Shown piece after piece: positions 18,648 to 28,042 of a stretch of 64,000 nt of DNA; position 1 is the stretch's first letter; every line of letters begins with the position of its first letter. The notes under the pieces are model-generated. The model worked only from the letters and a program-made list of their open reading frames with translations, made no database searches and was not told the origin of the DNA. The DNA comes from a bacterium (lineage in GTDB: Bacteria; Sysuimicrobiota; Sysuimicrobiia; Sysuimicrobiales; Humicultoraceae), in contig DASYRG010000008.1 in assembly GCA_036004665.1 (NCBI GenBank), forward strand, positions 10,240-74,239, in the 5' to 3' direction. The translations under genes and the position numbers were made by a program.

Positions 18648-19953
18648 AGGCCTTCAGTCGCCGGATCTGGACAAGCCCGATGTGGGTCCGCGTGGCCGTT
18701 TCGATCTTGAACTCCAATTGATCGACCCGAAAGGTTGCCCCCGGCTCTGGGATGGCGCCGAGATGGTGGAACACAAAGCCACCGAGCGTGTTCGCCTCAT
18801 CAGTGGGGAGGCTGATGCGGAAGGACTCGTTCAAAACGTCCAGGGGGATGGCCGCGTCGACGACGATGCGCTCGGGCTGCTGCAGCACGATCAAGCGTTG
18901 TTCCCGGCGGAACTCTCCGGGGATCTCGCCGACCAGCTCCTCGAGGAGATCCTCAATCGTGACGATGCCGGAGGTCCCCCCGAACTCGTCCAGCACCACC
19001 GCCAGCTGGATGCCCCCGCGCCGCATCTCCTCCAGGAGATCGACCACGGGTTTCATCTCCGGCACGTAGAGCACGGGGCGCATCAACGGCGCGAGGGTGC
19101 CGGCGCCGCGGTCCTCGCTCTGGGCGAGCAGCAAGTCTTTGGCGTGGACCATGCCGACGATGTGGTCGAGGTCCTCGTCGAAGATCGGCAGGCGAGTGTA
19201 GCCGGCTTCGCGGACCACCGCCACCGCGTCCGAAACCCCGGCATCCTTTGGCACTCCCCGCACCTGGACGCGCGGGACCATCACTTCTTCGACCAGTCGG
19301 TCCGCGAACTTGAAGACCCGGTGCATCAACCGCGCCTCCTCCTCCTCGACCACCCCGGCGCGGCGGCTCTCCGTGATCAGCAGGCCGATCTCCTCGGAAG
19401 AGTAGACGTGGCGACCGCTGGGAGCGTGCAGCCCGACGAGAGAGAGCGTGGCGTTGGCCGTGGAGTTGAGGGCCCAGATGAACGGGCGAAAGATTCGATA
19501 GAAGAGGTCGGTGGGCGGGGTGACCACCAGAGCGGTCGCTTCCGGCCGCCAGAGCGCCGCGCTCTTGGCCGCCAGTTCGCCAAAGACGATGTGCAGCCCG
19601 GTGATCAGCGCAAAGGCCAGCACGACGGCGATGGTGTGCGTGGTCGCTTCCAGGAGTCCTCCCGGGAGCCATCGCAGCACGGGCTCCAGCAGCGTGGCGA
19701 CGGCGGGTTCTCCGATCCATCCAAGACCCAGGCTGGCCATCGTGATCCCCAGTTGCGTTGCCGCGAGGAAGGCGTTGGGATCCTCAGCCGCGCGCAGGAC
19801 GAGGCGCGCCGTCCGCGACCCCCGTTCGATCAGGGGGATGAGCCGCGTGCGGCGCACCGCGACGATGGCGAACTCGGCAGCCACGAACATCCCGTTCGCG
19901 GCCACCAGCACTAGCACCGCGGCCAGGCGGATGACGATTGCAGGCACATCCAT
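18646..19953 (-). CDS. CNNM/CorC-type transporter-associated protein (DUF21-CBS pair-CorC_HlyC)
   Basis: MDVPAIVIRLAAVLVLVAANG... DUF21 membrane domain, then a CBS pair and a C-terminal CorC/HlyC domain. ATG is revcomp 19951-19953, preceded by GGAGAG. The N-terminal 140 aa of the track ORF are discarded. Confidence 0.85.
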   Translation of the reverse strand: MDVPAIVIRLAAVLVLVAANGMFVAAEFAIVAVRRTRLIPLIERGSRTARLVLRAAEDPNAFLAATQLGITMASLGLGWIGEPAVATLLEPVLRWLPGGLLEATTHTIAVVLAFALITGLHIVFGELAAKSAALWRPEATALVVTPPTDLFYRIFRPFIWALNSTANATLSLVGLHAPSGRHVYSSEEIGLLITESRRAGVVEEEEARLMHRVFKFADRLVEEVMVPRVQVRGVPKDAGVSDAVAVVREAGYTRLPIFDEDLDHIVGMVHAKDLLLAQSEDRGAGTLAPLMRPVLYVPEMKPVVDLLEEMRRGGIQLAVVLDEFGGTSGIVTIEDLLEELVGEIPGEFRREQRLIVLQQPERIVVDAAIPLDVLNESFRISLPTDEANTLGGFVFHHLGAIPEPGATFRVDQLEFKIETATRTHIGLVQIRRLKA

Positions 19954-20125
19954 CGATGATCTCTCCTTGAGGACGCCGCTGCCCTCCCCTTGAGGCCGCC
20001 GCGACCTTCTGGTGACCGGCGCGAAGGTCCAGGTTGACCCAGGGATGCGCGCAGGGCGTTGTTCGGAGCAGGGAGCGGGGAATCCCCCAATCGGACGCAT
20101 GCAAATCTGGCATACTAGGATCGCC

Positions 20126-21082
20126 ATGGCGGACGAGGGCCAGACCCAGAAGGCTGCCGCGGCCGACGATCCCGAGCGGTTCGCCGCGTTTGAGGAGCGG
20201 CTGGCCGGCGGCGACCGGGTCGAGGCGGGAGAGTGGATGCCCGCCCAGTACCGCTTCGAATGCCTCCGCCTCATCCAGATGCACGCCAACTCGGAGATCA
20301 TGGGCGCGCTGCCGGAACGCGAGTGGATCCCTCGCGCGCCCACCGTGGCCCGCAAGATGCAGCTGGTGGCCAAGGTGCAGGACGAGGTGGGGCACGGCCA
20401 GCTGCTCTACCGCGTGGCCGAGGACCTGGGCAAGCCCCGCGCGCAGATGATCGAGGACCTGCTGGCCGGGCGCAGCAAATTCCATAACGTCTTCCACTAC
20501 CCGGCCGAGACGTGGGCGGACGTGGCGATCATCCAGGTCTTCGTTGATGGGGCGGCCATGCAGACGCAGGGCTCGCTGCGCTCCTGTTCCTACGCGCCGT
20601 ACGCGCGCGTGCTCAAGCGCATCTGCTACGAGGAGGACTTTCACATCCGTCTGGGCATCGATAACTTCAAGGCGCTGGCCGAGGGGACGGCAGGCCAGCG
20701 GGCGATGCTGCAGGACGCCCTCGACCGGTGGTGGACCCCGATCATGCACTTCTTCGGACCCCACGACACGGTCTCGCCTCACCTGGAGACGATGATGCGC
20801 TGGCGGATCAAAGTGAAGAGCAACGACGAACTGCGCCAGCAATTCCTGCGCCAGTTCGTCCCTCTGATCAGCGAATACGGGATGCGGGTGCCCGACCCCG
20901 CCCTGCGCTGGGATGAGGGACAGGGAGCCTACGTCTACACCGAGCCGGACTGGGAGGAGTTCAAGCGCGTCATCCGCGGCGAGGGGCCGAAGTCCGCCGC
21001 CCGTCTGGCGCTGCGCAACGACGTCTGGCGACGGCACGCCTGGGTGCGCGAGGCGGTGCAGCGCTGGGAGGTAGCGGCGTGA
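20126..21082 (+). CDS. paaA: 1,2-phenylacetyl-CoA epoxidase subunit A
   Basis: Ferritin-like di-iron oxygenase: YRFECLRLIQMHANSEIMGAL, EVGHGQLL, EEDFHIRLG are the PaaA iron-ligand motifs (ExxH). Confidence 0.85.
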   Translation: MADEGQTQKAAAADDPERFAAFEERLAGGDRVEAGEWMPAQYRFECLRLIQMHANSEIMGALPEREWIPRAPTVARKMQLVAKVQDEVGHGQLLYRVAEDLGKPRAQMIEDLLAGRSKFHNVFHYPAETWADVAIIQVFVDGAAMQTQGSLRSCSYAPYARVLKRICYEEDFHIRLGIDNFKALAEGTAGQRAMLQDALDRWWTPIMHFFGPHDTVSPHLETMMRWRIKVKSNDELRQQFLRQFVPLISEYGMRVPDPALRWDEGQGAYVYTEPDWEEFKRVIRGEGPKSAARLALRNDVWRRHAWVREAVQRWEVAA

Positions 21083-21624
21083 CCGCGGCGCGGGGAGGGC
21101 TCGATCCCGTCGCGCTCTACGAGTACCTAGTGAAGGCGCGCAGCCCGGTGTTCGAGCGGGCCCGCGGCCTCACGCTCGAGCAGTACACGAGAGAATTCCC
21201 CTTCGGGCTGAGAAGTCTGCGCAATACCCTCGTCGAGCTGCCCCAGGCCGAGTGGTCCTATATGCGGCGCCTGCAGGGGGAGACCCAGCCGCTCCCACCC
21301 TGGAAGGAGCGGCCGTTTGCTCGATTCTACGAGACCGAGTTCGCGCCCCTGGAGGGCGCCTGGCTGGAACAAGGGACCGAAACACGACGCACGCTCGAGG
21401 AAATCGACGATTGGAGTCGGCCGCTGGTCTATGTGGCCCCGGGGGGACCCGGAGAGCCGACCTACCGCGTCCGGGCCACGACCGGCGGCATGGCCGCGCA
21501 GTTCGTTCTGCATGAAGTGCATCACCGTGCGCAGGCGATGGCGATGCTGCGTCACCTGGGCGCGCCGGTGGAAGACCTCGACTACTCCTACCTGACCTTT
21601 GCGTGGGAGGACCTTCCGGCGTAG
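21079..21624 (+). CDS. DinB/YfiT-family metal-dependent protein (possible thiol S-transferase-like)
   Basis: FVLHEVHHRAQAMAMLRHLG matches the DinB_2 HxxxHRGQ-type motif. GTG start overlaps the paaA stop (GTGA), suggesting co-translation with paaA. Confidence 0.6.
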   Translation: MTAARGGLDPVALYEYLVKARSPVFERARGLTLEQYTREFPFGLRSLRNTLVELPQAEWSYMRRLQGETQPLPPWKERPFARFYETEFAPLEGAWLEQGTETRRTLEEIDDWSRPLVYVAPGGPGEPTYRVRATTGGMAAQFVLHEVHHRAQAMAMLRHLGAPVEDLDYSYLTFAWEDLPA

Positions 21625-21637
21625 GGCCCGCCGTGCG

Positions 21638-21946
21638 ATGAAACTCTCCGAGATTACCCCGGGCGCCTCGCACGTCTTCGCCGTCTTCCGGCAGGACACC
21701 AAGGGCGACGCGCACGTGCACGTCGGCGACGTGCACGCGAGTGACGCGGAGATGGCCCTCCTGCTGGCCAAGGAGCAATTCGCCCGCCGCGACCCCTGTG
21801 TCAGTCTCTGGGTGGCGCCCTACGCGGCGATCGACGCGAGCCATCCCGACGACGCCGACATGTTCGATCCAGCCATTGACAAGAGCTACCGCTTCGGCGG
21901 CAGTTACCGCGAGCAGCAGCGCGTCTACCGGCGGCGGGGCGGCTAG
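21638..21946 (+). CDS. paaB: 1,2-phenylacetyl-CoA epoxidase subunit B
   Basis: About 100 aa. HVFAVFRQ...HVHVGDVHA...EMALLLAKEQFARR is the PaaB pattern. Confidence 0.8.
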   Translation: MKLSEITPGASHVFAVFRQDTKGDAHVHVGDVHASDAEMALLLAKEQFARRDPCVSLWVAPYAAIDASHPDDADMFDPAIDKSYRFGGSYREQQRVYRRRGG

Positions 21947-22738
21947 GTGGCGCGGGCCACCGTGTCCATGTCGGACCCGCCGACCCGCCGGGCGCTCGCC
22001 GCGCACCTCCTGGCCGTCGCCGACGACGAGTTTCTGCTGGGGCATCGGCACGCCGAGTGGACCGGTTTCGGCCCCGACATCGAGTCGGACGTTGCGCTCT
22101 CCTCGATTGCGCAGGAAGAGATGGGACACGCCAGGCTGTTCTATCAGCAGACCCTGGCGCTGGCCGGACGCGGGGAGGGAGAGGTGGACGCGCTGGCGTA
22201 CGGTCGGCCCCCCGGGGAGTTCCTCAACGCCGTCCTGGTGGAACGGCCGAACGGCGACTGGGGATTCTCGATCCTCAGGCTGGTCCTCTACGATCTCGCC
22301 GATGAGGTGCGCCTCCAGGTCTGGGCGCGCAGCTCCCTCGACGTGGTCCCCGACCTCGCGCGCACGCTGGGCCGAGAGGAGAAGTACCATCGCCGCTACG
22401 GGGAAGCCTGGCTGGCTCGTCTGGCGGGGGCAACGCCGGAGAGCCACGGACGGGTCCAGGCGGCCCTGGATGCCGTGTGGCCGGAGGCCCGCGGACTGTT
22501 CGAGCCGGTCGAGGGTGAGGAAGGGTTAGCCGAGGCGGGACTCCTGGCGGAGAGGACGACGGCGCAGGCGGCGCAGTGGGAGGAACGGGTCCGGGCGCTG
22601 GTGCATCCTCTCGGCCTTCGGCTGCCCGATGTTTCGCCGACCCTGGGCGGACGCCGCGGCCTGCATTCGCCCGACCTGACGGCGCTGCTCGAGGAGATGA
22701 CGTCGGTGTGGCGGAGCGACCCCGGCGCGACATGGTAG
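21947..22738 (+). CDS. paaC: 1,2-phenylacetyl-CoA epoxidase subunit C
   Basis: Ferritin-like fold (ADDEFLLGHRHAEW, QEEMGHARLFYQ) immediately after paaB. GTG start is at the paaB stop. Confidence 0.75.
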   Translation: MARATVSMSDPPTRRALAAHLLAVADDEFLLGHRHAEWTGFGPDIESDVALSSIAQEEMGHARLFYQQTLALAGRGEGEVDALAYGRPPGEFLNAVLVERPNGDWGFSILRLVLYDLADEVRLQVWARSSLDVVPDLARTLGREEKYHRRYGEAWLARLAGATPESHGRVQAALDAVWPEARGLFEPVEGEEGLAEAGLLAERTTAQAAQWEERVRALVHPLGLRLPDVSPTLGGRRGLHSPDLTALLEEMTSVWRSDPGATW

Positions 22739-23226
22739 AGACCTCGGCGGCCCTCTCTTCACCCCCCTCCCTGGCCGAGATCCGTCAGGCGCTCGAGGAG
22801 GTCCGCGATCCCGAACTGCCCATTGCCGTGACCGACCTGGGCTTGATCCGGGACATTACGGTGGATGGATCGAACGTGCGCGTGGACCTGGTCCCCACCT
22901 TCTCGGCCTGCCCGGCGATCGATGTGATCAGGCGGGACATCCGGACGCGCCTGCTGGCCCTGCCGGGGGTGGAGGAGGTCGCCGTCACCCTGGTCTTCGA
23001 CGACCCCTGGACGATCGGCCGGATGTCCCCGCGTGGGCGCGCGGCGCTCTCGGCCTTCGGGCTGAGTCTCCCCCGAGCGGCCGGCGGCGAGCCGGTGGCC
23101 TGTCCTTACTGTGGATCGACGAACACCACGCTGGAGAACCCCTTCGGGCCGACACTCTGCCGCGCCATCTACTACTGTCGCGACTGCCGCAATCCGATCG
23201 AGCGGTTCCGTCCGCCCGGCGAGTGA
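22732..23226 (+). CDS. paaD: phenylacetate-CoA oxygenase subunit PaaD (DUF59/MIP18-like with C-terminal zinc ribbon)
   Basis: LAEIRQALEEVRDPELPIAVTDLGLIRDI is the DUF59 motif. C-terminal CPYCGS...CRDC. ATG 22732 overlaps the paaC end. Confidence 0.75.
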   Translation: MVETSAALSSPPSLAEIRQALEEVRDPELPIAVTDLGLIRDITVDGSNVRVDLVPTFSACPAIDVIRRDIRTRLLALPGVEEVAVTLVFDDPWTIGRMSPRGRAALSAFGLSLPRAAGGEPVACPYCGSTNTTLENPFGPTLCRAIYYCRDCRNPIERFRPPGE

Positions 23227-23675
23227 GACCCGCGCCCCGCGGCCCGGCACGCCGCCACGTGCAGAAGTCAGGCCCGACGATACGCGCCTCGCGCCCTCCG
23301 CTGCCGGACGACGTCTACCTGAAGCGCCAGCGCGACATGGTCCTGACCACCCGGGGCCGGCAGACCGGCCGGCCACACCGGGTGACCCTCTGGTTCGTGC
23401 ACCAGGCGGGCCGTCTCTACCTGATGGCCTATGCACGCCGGCACGGCCGGGGCACCGACTGGTACCAGAACCTCCGGCGCGCGCGTGACGGCATGGTCGA
23501 GGTGGGGGATCGGCGCTTTGACGTGGAGTGGGAGGCCATTGACGATCCCGCCGCCGAGCTGACGAACATCACCGAGCTCTTCTCCGGTAAGTATGGGCGC
23601 CAGATGGTGGCCTCCTACTATCTCGAGACGAAGCGGTTTCCCGTCATTCTGCGACTCAAACCCGCCGCAGCCTGA
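23223..23675 (+). CDS. DUF385/deazaflavin-dependent nitroreductase-family (split-barrel) protein
   Basis: LTTRGRQTGRPHRVTLWFVHQAGRLYLMA... matches the DUF385/PNPOx-like pattern. GTG overlaps the paaD stop. Start is uncertain. Confidence 0.55.
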   Translation: MRPAPRGPARRHVQKSGPTIRASRPPLPDDVYLKRQRDMVLTTRGRQTGRPHRVTLWFVHQAGRLYLMAYARRHGRGTDWYQNLRRARDGMVEVGDRRFDVEWEAIDDPAAELTNITELFSGKYGRQMVASYYLETKRFPVILRLKPAAA

Positions 23676-23751
23676 GGCGCCGTGCGCGGGGTCTAAGAAG
23701 CCCCCTCTTCGTGGCATAACCTTCCTGAGTCCACCTTCCTGGGGTCGAGAG

Positions 23752-25134
23752 ATGTGGGTCCGCACTGATCGCCCGCCGCGTCCAGCGGGCAGGAAACCAT
23801 ACCACCTGGCACGGGCACAGGCCGGCGAGCAGAGCGCGGCCTGGGTCCGCGTGGCCATCATCGCACTGGGGACCTATCTCTACGTGGTGATGGAGAAGGC
23901 CGGGACGATCCCGCCCCTGGCGTACCTGCTCTTGGCCCTGGCCTGGCTGTACGCCCTGGGTGTGGCTGTGCTGGCGCCCTCGCGTCGCTTTCCCCTGCCG
24001 GTGTCCGTCTATTTCACCGTGGTCACCGACGCCGTCCTGACCATGCTCTGGCTCTACGCCACGGGCGGCTTCGCCTCCCCCTTCTTCGTGGCGCTCTATC
24101 CGGCAGTGGTCTCGGTGCCGTTGCGCTTCGATTTCCGCGAGACGGTGCTCGCCGCCGTGGGGTACGCCGGGAGCTACCTGGCGCTTCTCGCGCTGTTGGG
24201 CCAGCTCGGTGCGCACCAGACCGAGGCCCTGATCCGCGTCGCCTACCTCCTGTTCGTCGCGGGCGTTGCGGGCCTGCTTGTCCGGGAGACCCACCGGCAG
24301 GCGCGCGCGAAGAGTCGGGTGCACCGGCGGCTGACGCGGGAACTGCGCGTGAGGGGGGAGCGATATCGCGCCCTCTTCGAGGGTGTCCCCATCCCGCTCT
24401 ACCGCACCACGCCCGAGGGCCGGATCCTCGATGCCAATGAGGCGTTGGTGCACATGCTCGGCTACGCTAGCCGGGAAGAGCTGGTTGCGGTCAACGCAGC
24501 GGCGCTGCATGCCGACGCCGCGATCCGGGACGCGTGGAGGGCAACCGTGGAGGGACGCGGCGTGGCTCGCGATTTCGTCATGGAACTCCGGCGGCGGGAC
24601 GGATCCACGATCTGGGTCCGCGACTCCGCGCGGGTGGTCCGTGACGAAGGCGGGGCCGTGTTGGCCTACGAAGGGATGCTCGAGGACATCACCGAGCGCC
24701 GGCGCGCCGACGAGGCGCTCCGGAAGAGTGAGGCGCGGCTCCGCGGGCTCGTCGAGGGCATTCCGGCCTTGATCTGGACGACCGATACCGCCCTGCACCT
24801 GACCTCGTTTGTCGGGGCGGGTCTGGCCATCCTCGGGCTGCGCCCGAACCAGTTTGTGGGCACCTCGCTCTACGAGGTCTTCGCCACGAGAGATCCGCAG
24901 TTCCGTCCCATCGCCGCGCATCGGGAGGCCCTTCTGGGGACGGCCGTCGCGTACGAGATGAAGTGGGGCGGACGGACCTACCAGGCGCACGTGGAGCCGG
25001 TACGCGGGGCCGACGGCTCGATCACGGGCCTCACGGCGGTGGCGATCGACGTCAGCGACCGGGTGCGCGCCGAAGAACTGCGCTGGGCCGCGGAAGGCGC
25101 CCGCCGTCCCCTCGGCGGCTCGCTGACCGGATAG
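23752..25134 (+). CDS. membrane-anchored tandem-PAS sensor protein without output domain
   Basis: ATG 23752. About 5 predicted TM helices (IIALGTYLYVV..., LLLALAWLYALGVAVL..., FFVALYPAVV...), then two PAS domains (PIPLYRTTPEGRILDANEALVHMLGY...; IPALIWTTDTALHLTSFVGAGL...). No HisKA, GGDEF, EAL or HTH domain. Confidence 0.7.
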   Translation: MWVRTDRPPRPAGRKPYHLARAQAGEQSAAWVRVAIIALGTYLYVVMEKAGTIPPLAYLLLALAWLYALGVAVLAPSRRFPLPVSVYFTVVTDAVLTMLWLYATGGFASPFFVALYPAVVSVPLRFDFRETVLAAVGYAGSYLALLALLGQLGAHQTEALIRVAYLLFVAGVAGLLVRETHRQARAKSRVHRRLTRELRVRGERYRALFEGVPIPLYRTTPEGRILDANEALVHMLGYASREELVAVNAAALHADAAIRDAWRATVEGRGVARDFVMELRRRDGSTIWVRDSARVVRDEGGAVLAYEGMLEDITERRRADEALRKSEARLRGLVEGIPALIWTTDTALHLTSFVGAGLAILGLRPNQFVGTSLYEVFATRDPQFRPIAAHREALLGTAVAYEMKWGGRTYQAHVEPVRGADGSITGLTAVAIDVSDRVRAEELRWAAEGARRPLGGSLTG

Positions 25135-25294
25135 CGGCACTTCCTCTCCCTCCACGGTCCCGGGGTCTAGCCGTCTGTCCGCATGGGCAAGAAGTCTTGT
25201 GTCACTAAGCTTTCAGTCGAAGGAAAAAGAAATTCCGGCGCCCTTCCTGAGGATCGTTGACGAGGCTCTCGGCAACGTCTAGGAAGCCTTCCTG

Positions 25295-28042
25295 ATGGTG
25301 CATATCCTCAGTGGGCCGCCGGGTCGCCGCAGTGCGCCTTCCCGGCCGCCGATGAGGATGCTCATGCCCCGTCTGCTCTTCACCAGCCTGCGCACGCGGC
25401 TTATCCTGCTCGTCTTGCTGCCGGTGGTGCCGATGCTGGCCCTGTCGCTATACAGCTTCTCTCAGCAGCGGGCCCAGGCACTGATGCACGGCCGGGCGGA
25501 AGCACTTCGTCTGGCGCGTGAGGCCGCCCTCGAGCAGGAGCAGTCGCTGACGGGCACCCAGGACCTGTTGAAGGTCCTGTCCCAACACCCCCAGGTACAA
25601 GCGCGGCAGCGTCCAGGGTGCAACGCGGTCGTGTCCACCCTGATGAGCCCCTTCTTCGTCAACCTGGCCGTGGCCGGTCTGCGGGGAGAGGTCCTCTGCA
25701 GCGCGGTGACGCCCCGCCGGCCGGTGACGCTGGGGGAAAGCCCCGAGTTCAGGGCCGCCCTGGAGAAGCGGGCGTTTGCCGTTGGACGGTACCGGCGCGA
25801 GCCCGTCACCGGCCGCCCGACGCTGCCCGCGGCCTACCCGGTCATCGCGGGAGGGCGCGTCGTGGCCGTGGCGGTCGCAGCGCTTGACCTCGGCTGGCTC
25901 GCGCGCGGCGCCGAGAAGATCGCGCTCCCCCAGGGGGCGACGGTGAGGATCTTCGACGCCGACGGCGTCGTCCTCGCCGGCGTTCCCCAGCCCCTCCCCG
26001 GGATCGGAGAGCGCGTCGAGGATGGTGCGGTGCGACAGGCGATTCTGGCCCGCCGCTCCGATGCGACAGGACAAGGCGTCGACCCAGGGGGAGGCTCCCG
26101 CCTGATCGGAGTCACCGTTGTGACGACCTCCACGGACCCGGGCCGGGTGTACGTGAGCGTGGGGATCCCCACCGCCGTGGCGCTGGCGGAGGTGCGGCGG
26201 ACGCTGGCGCAGGGAATGGCGGCGTTGGCGCTGATCGCGGCCCTGGCCGTCTTCGGCGCGTGGGTCACGGGCAATGCGCTCATCCTCCGGCCGGTCCGGA
26301 CGCTGGCGGCCGCCGTCGAACGGCTGCGCCGAGGGGACCTGACCGCGCGGAGCGGCCTGGCCGGCGCCACCGAGTTGGGCCGGGTGGGACGCGCATTCGA
26401 CGAGATGGCGGCAGCCCTGGACGATCACCTGGCCGAGCGCCGGCGCGCGGAGGAGGCGCTGACGCGGTCCAACCGGGAGCTGGGTCTGATCCTGCGGGCG
26501 GCGGGCGAGGGGATCTTCGGGTTGGATTTGCGAGGGTACGGCACCTTCGTCAACCCCGCGGCGGCCGCGATGTTGGGGTGGGGCACCGAGGACCTCGTTG
26601 GTCAGCCGATCCACAGCATGATCCACCATCAGGGCCCGGACGCGAGCTCCGGTACGGATGGGGACTGTCCCATCTACGCCACACTCTCCGACGGGACCGT
26701 CCACAGCGGAGATGACGAGGTCTTCTGGCGGAAGGACGGGAGCAGTTTCCCCATCGCCTACACGAGCACGCCCATCCGAGAAGGCGGCAAGGTCGTTGGG
26801 GCGGTCATCGTCTTCACCGACGTCACCGAGCGCAGGCGGGCGGAGGTGGCCCGCGTGGGTCAGGAAGCCGCGGAGCAGGCCAACCGCGCGAAATCTGAGT
26901 TCATCTCCCGGATGAGCCACGAACTGCGTACCCCGCTGAACGCGGTGCTGGGGTTCGCCCAGTTGCTGGAGATGGATTCGCTGGCCCCCGACCAGCAGGA
27001 GGCGGTTCAGTACATCCTCAAGGCGGGGCGGCACCTGCTCGACCTGATCACGGAAGTTCTCGACATCGCGCGCATTGAGGCGGGCCGGCTGGCCATATCT
27101 CCGGAGGCGGTTCCGGTGCAGGAGATCGTGAGCGAGAGCCTGGCCCTCATCGCGCCGCTGGCCGCCGCAGAGGGGATCCGGCTGGAGGACGGCCTGGCCG
27201 GCGGGCGTTCCCGCTACGTCCTGGCCGACCGCCAGCGGCTGAAACAGGTGTTGCTCAACCTCCTCAGCAACGCGGTCAAGTACAACCGGCGCGAGGGGCG
27301 GGTGGCCGTCGCCGCCGAGGAGACCCCCGAGGGAGCAATTCGGATCAGCGTCCGCGACACCGGTCCCGGCATCGATCCCGTGCGAGCGGCCCAACTGTTT
27401 GTGCCTTTTGAGCGCCTGGACGCTGACCGCAGCGGCATCGAGGGAACGGGGCTCGGTCTGGCCCTCTCCAAGCGTCTGGTCGAAGCTATGGGCGGTGTGC
27501 TGGGGCTGCAGGCTCCGGAGGGGGAGGGGTCGATCTTCTGGGTGGAGTTCCCGCCGGCGGACCCGCCGGCGCCTCCCGACCGCTCCGGCGACGGCGGTGC
27601 GGCGCCGGCCTCCGTGCAGGCCGGGGAGGCGGGTCGGACCGTTCTCTACATCGACGACGATCTCTCCAACGTCGGCGTCATCCGCGGCCTGCTTGCGCAC
27701 CGGCCCGGCGTGACGCTGCTGCCGGCGATGCAGGGGCGGATCGGCCTCGACCTAGCCCGCGAGCACCAGCCGGACCTCATCCTGCTGGATCTCCACCTAC
27801 CGGATATTCCCGGGGGGGAAGTGCTCGACCGCCTGCGCGCCGATCCGGAGACGCGCCACATCCCTGTGGTGGTGATCAGCGCCGACACCTCCGGGGCACA
27901 GGCCGAACGGGTCCGCGCTGCCGGGGCGCAGACCTATCTGCGCAAGCCGCTGGACATGCAACAGCTGCTGGCGATCCTGGATGAGGCCCTCGCCTCCGCA
28001 GCCGAGAGAACTCTTCCGGCGCGCGCCGTGCCACCTCCATGA
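25295..28042 (+). CDS. hybrid sensor histidine kinase (periplasmic sensor-HAMP-PAS-HisKA-HATPase-REC)
   Basis: TM helix, ~270 aa extracytoplasmic region, second TM, HAMP, PAS, H-box FISRMSHELRTPLNAVLGFAQLL, N/G1/G2 ATPase boxes, C-terminal receiver (LILLDLHLPD). Start may be 25352-25364 rather than 25295. Confidence 0.85.
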   Translation: MVHILSGPPGRRSAPSRPPMRMLMPRLLFTSLRTRLILLVLLPVVPMLALSLYSFSQQRAQALMHGRAEALRLAREAALEQEQSLTGTQDLLKVLSQHPQVQARQRPGCNAVVSTLMSPFFVNLAVAGLRGEVLCSAVTPRRPVTLGESPEFRAALEKRAFAVGRYRREPVTGRPTLPAAYPVIAGGRVVAVAVAALDLGWLARGAEKIALPQGATVRIFDADGVVLAGVPQPLPGIGERVEDGAVRQAILARRSDATGQGVDPGGGSRLIGVTVVTTSTDPGRVYVSVGIPTAVALAEVRRTLAQGMAALALIAALAVFGAWVTGNALILRPVRTLAAAVERLRRGDLTARSGLAGATELGRVGRAFDEMAAALDDHLAERRRAEEALTRSNRELGLILRAAGEGIFGLDLRGYGTFVNPAAAAMLGWGTEDLVGQPIHSMIHHQGPDASSGTDGDCPIYATLSDGTVHSGDDEVFWRKDGSSFPIAYTSTPIREGGKVVGAVIVFTDVTERRRAEVARVGQEAAEQANRAKSEFISRMSHELRTPLNAVLGFAQLLEMDSLAPDQQEAVQYILKAGRHLLDLITEVLDIARIEAGRLAISPEAVPVQEIVSESLALIAPLAAAEGIRLEDGLAGGRSRYVLADRQRLKQVLLNLLSNAVKYNRREGRVAVAAEETPEGAIRISVRDTGPGIDPVRAAQLFVPFERLDADRSGIEGTGLGLALSKRLVEAMGGVLGLQAPEGEGSIFWVEFPPADPPAPPDRSGDGGAAPASVQAGEAGRTVLYIDDDLSNVGVIRGLLAHRPGVTLLPAMQGRIGLDLAREHQPDLILLDLHLPDIPGGEVLDRLRADPETRHIPVVVISADTSGAQAERVRAAGAQTYLRKPLDMQQLLAILDEALASAAERTLPARAVPPP

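Noticed and set aside
25448-27700. 750-aa minus-strand ORF antisense to hybrid kinase 1
   Set aside because: Antisense artefact. The plus strand carries canonical HisKA and HATPase boxes.
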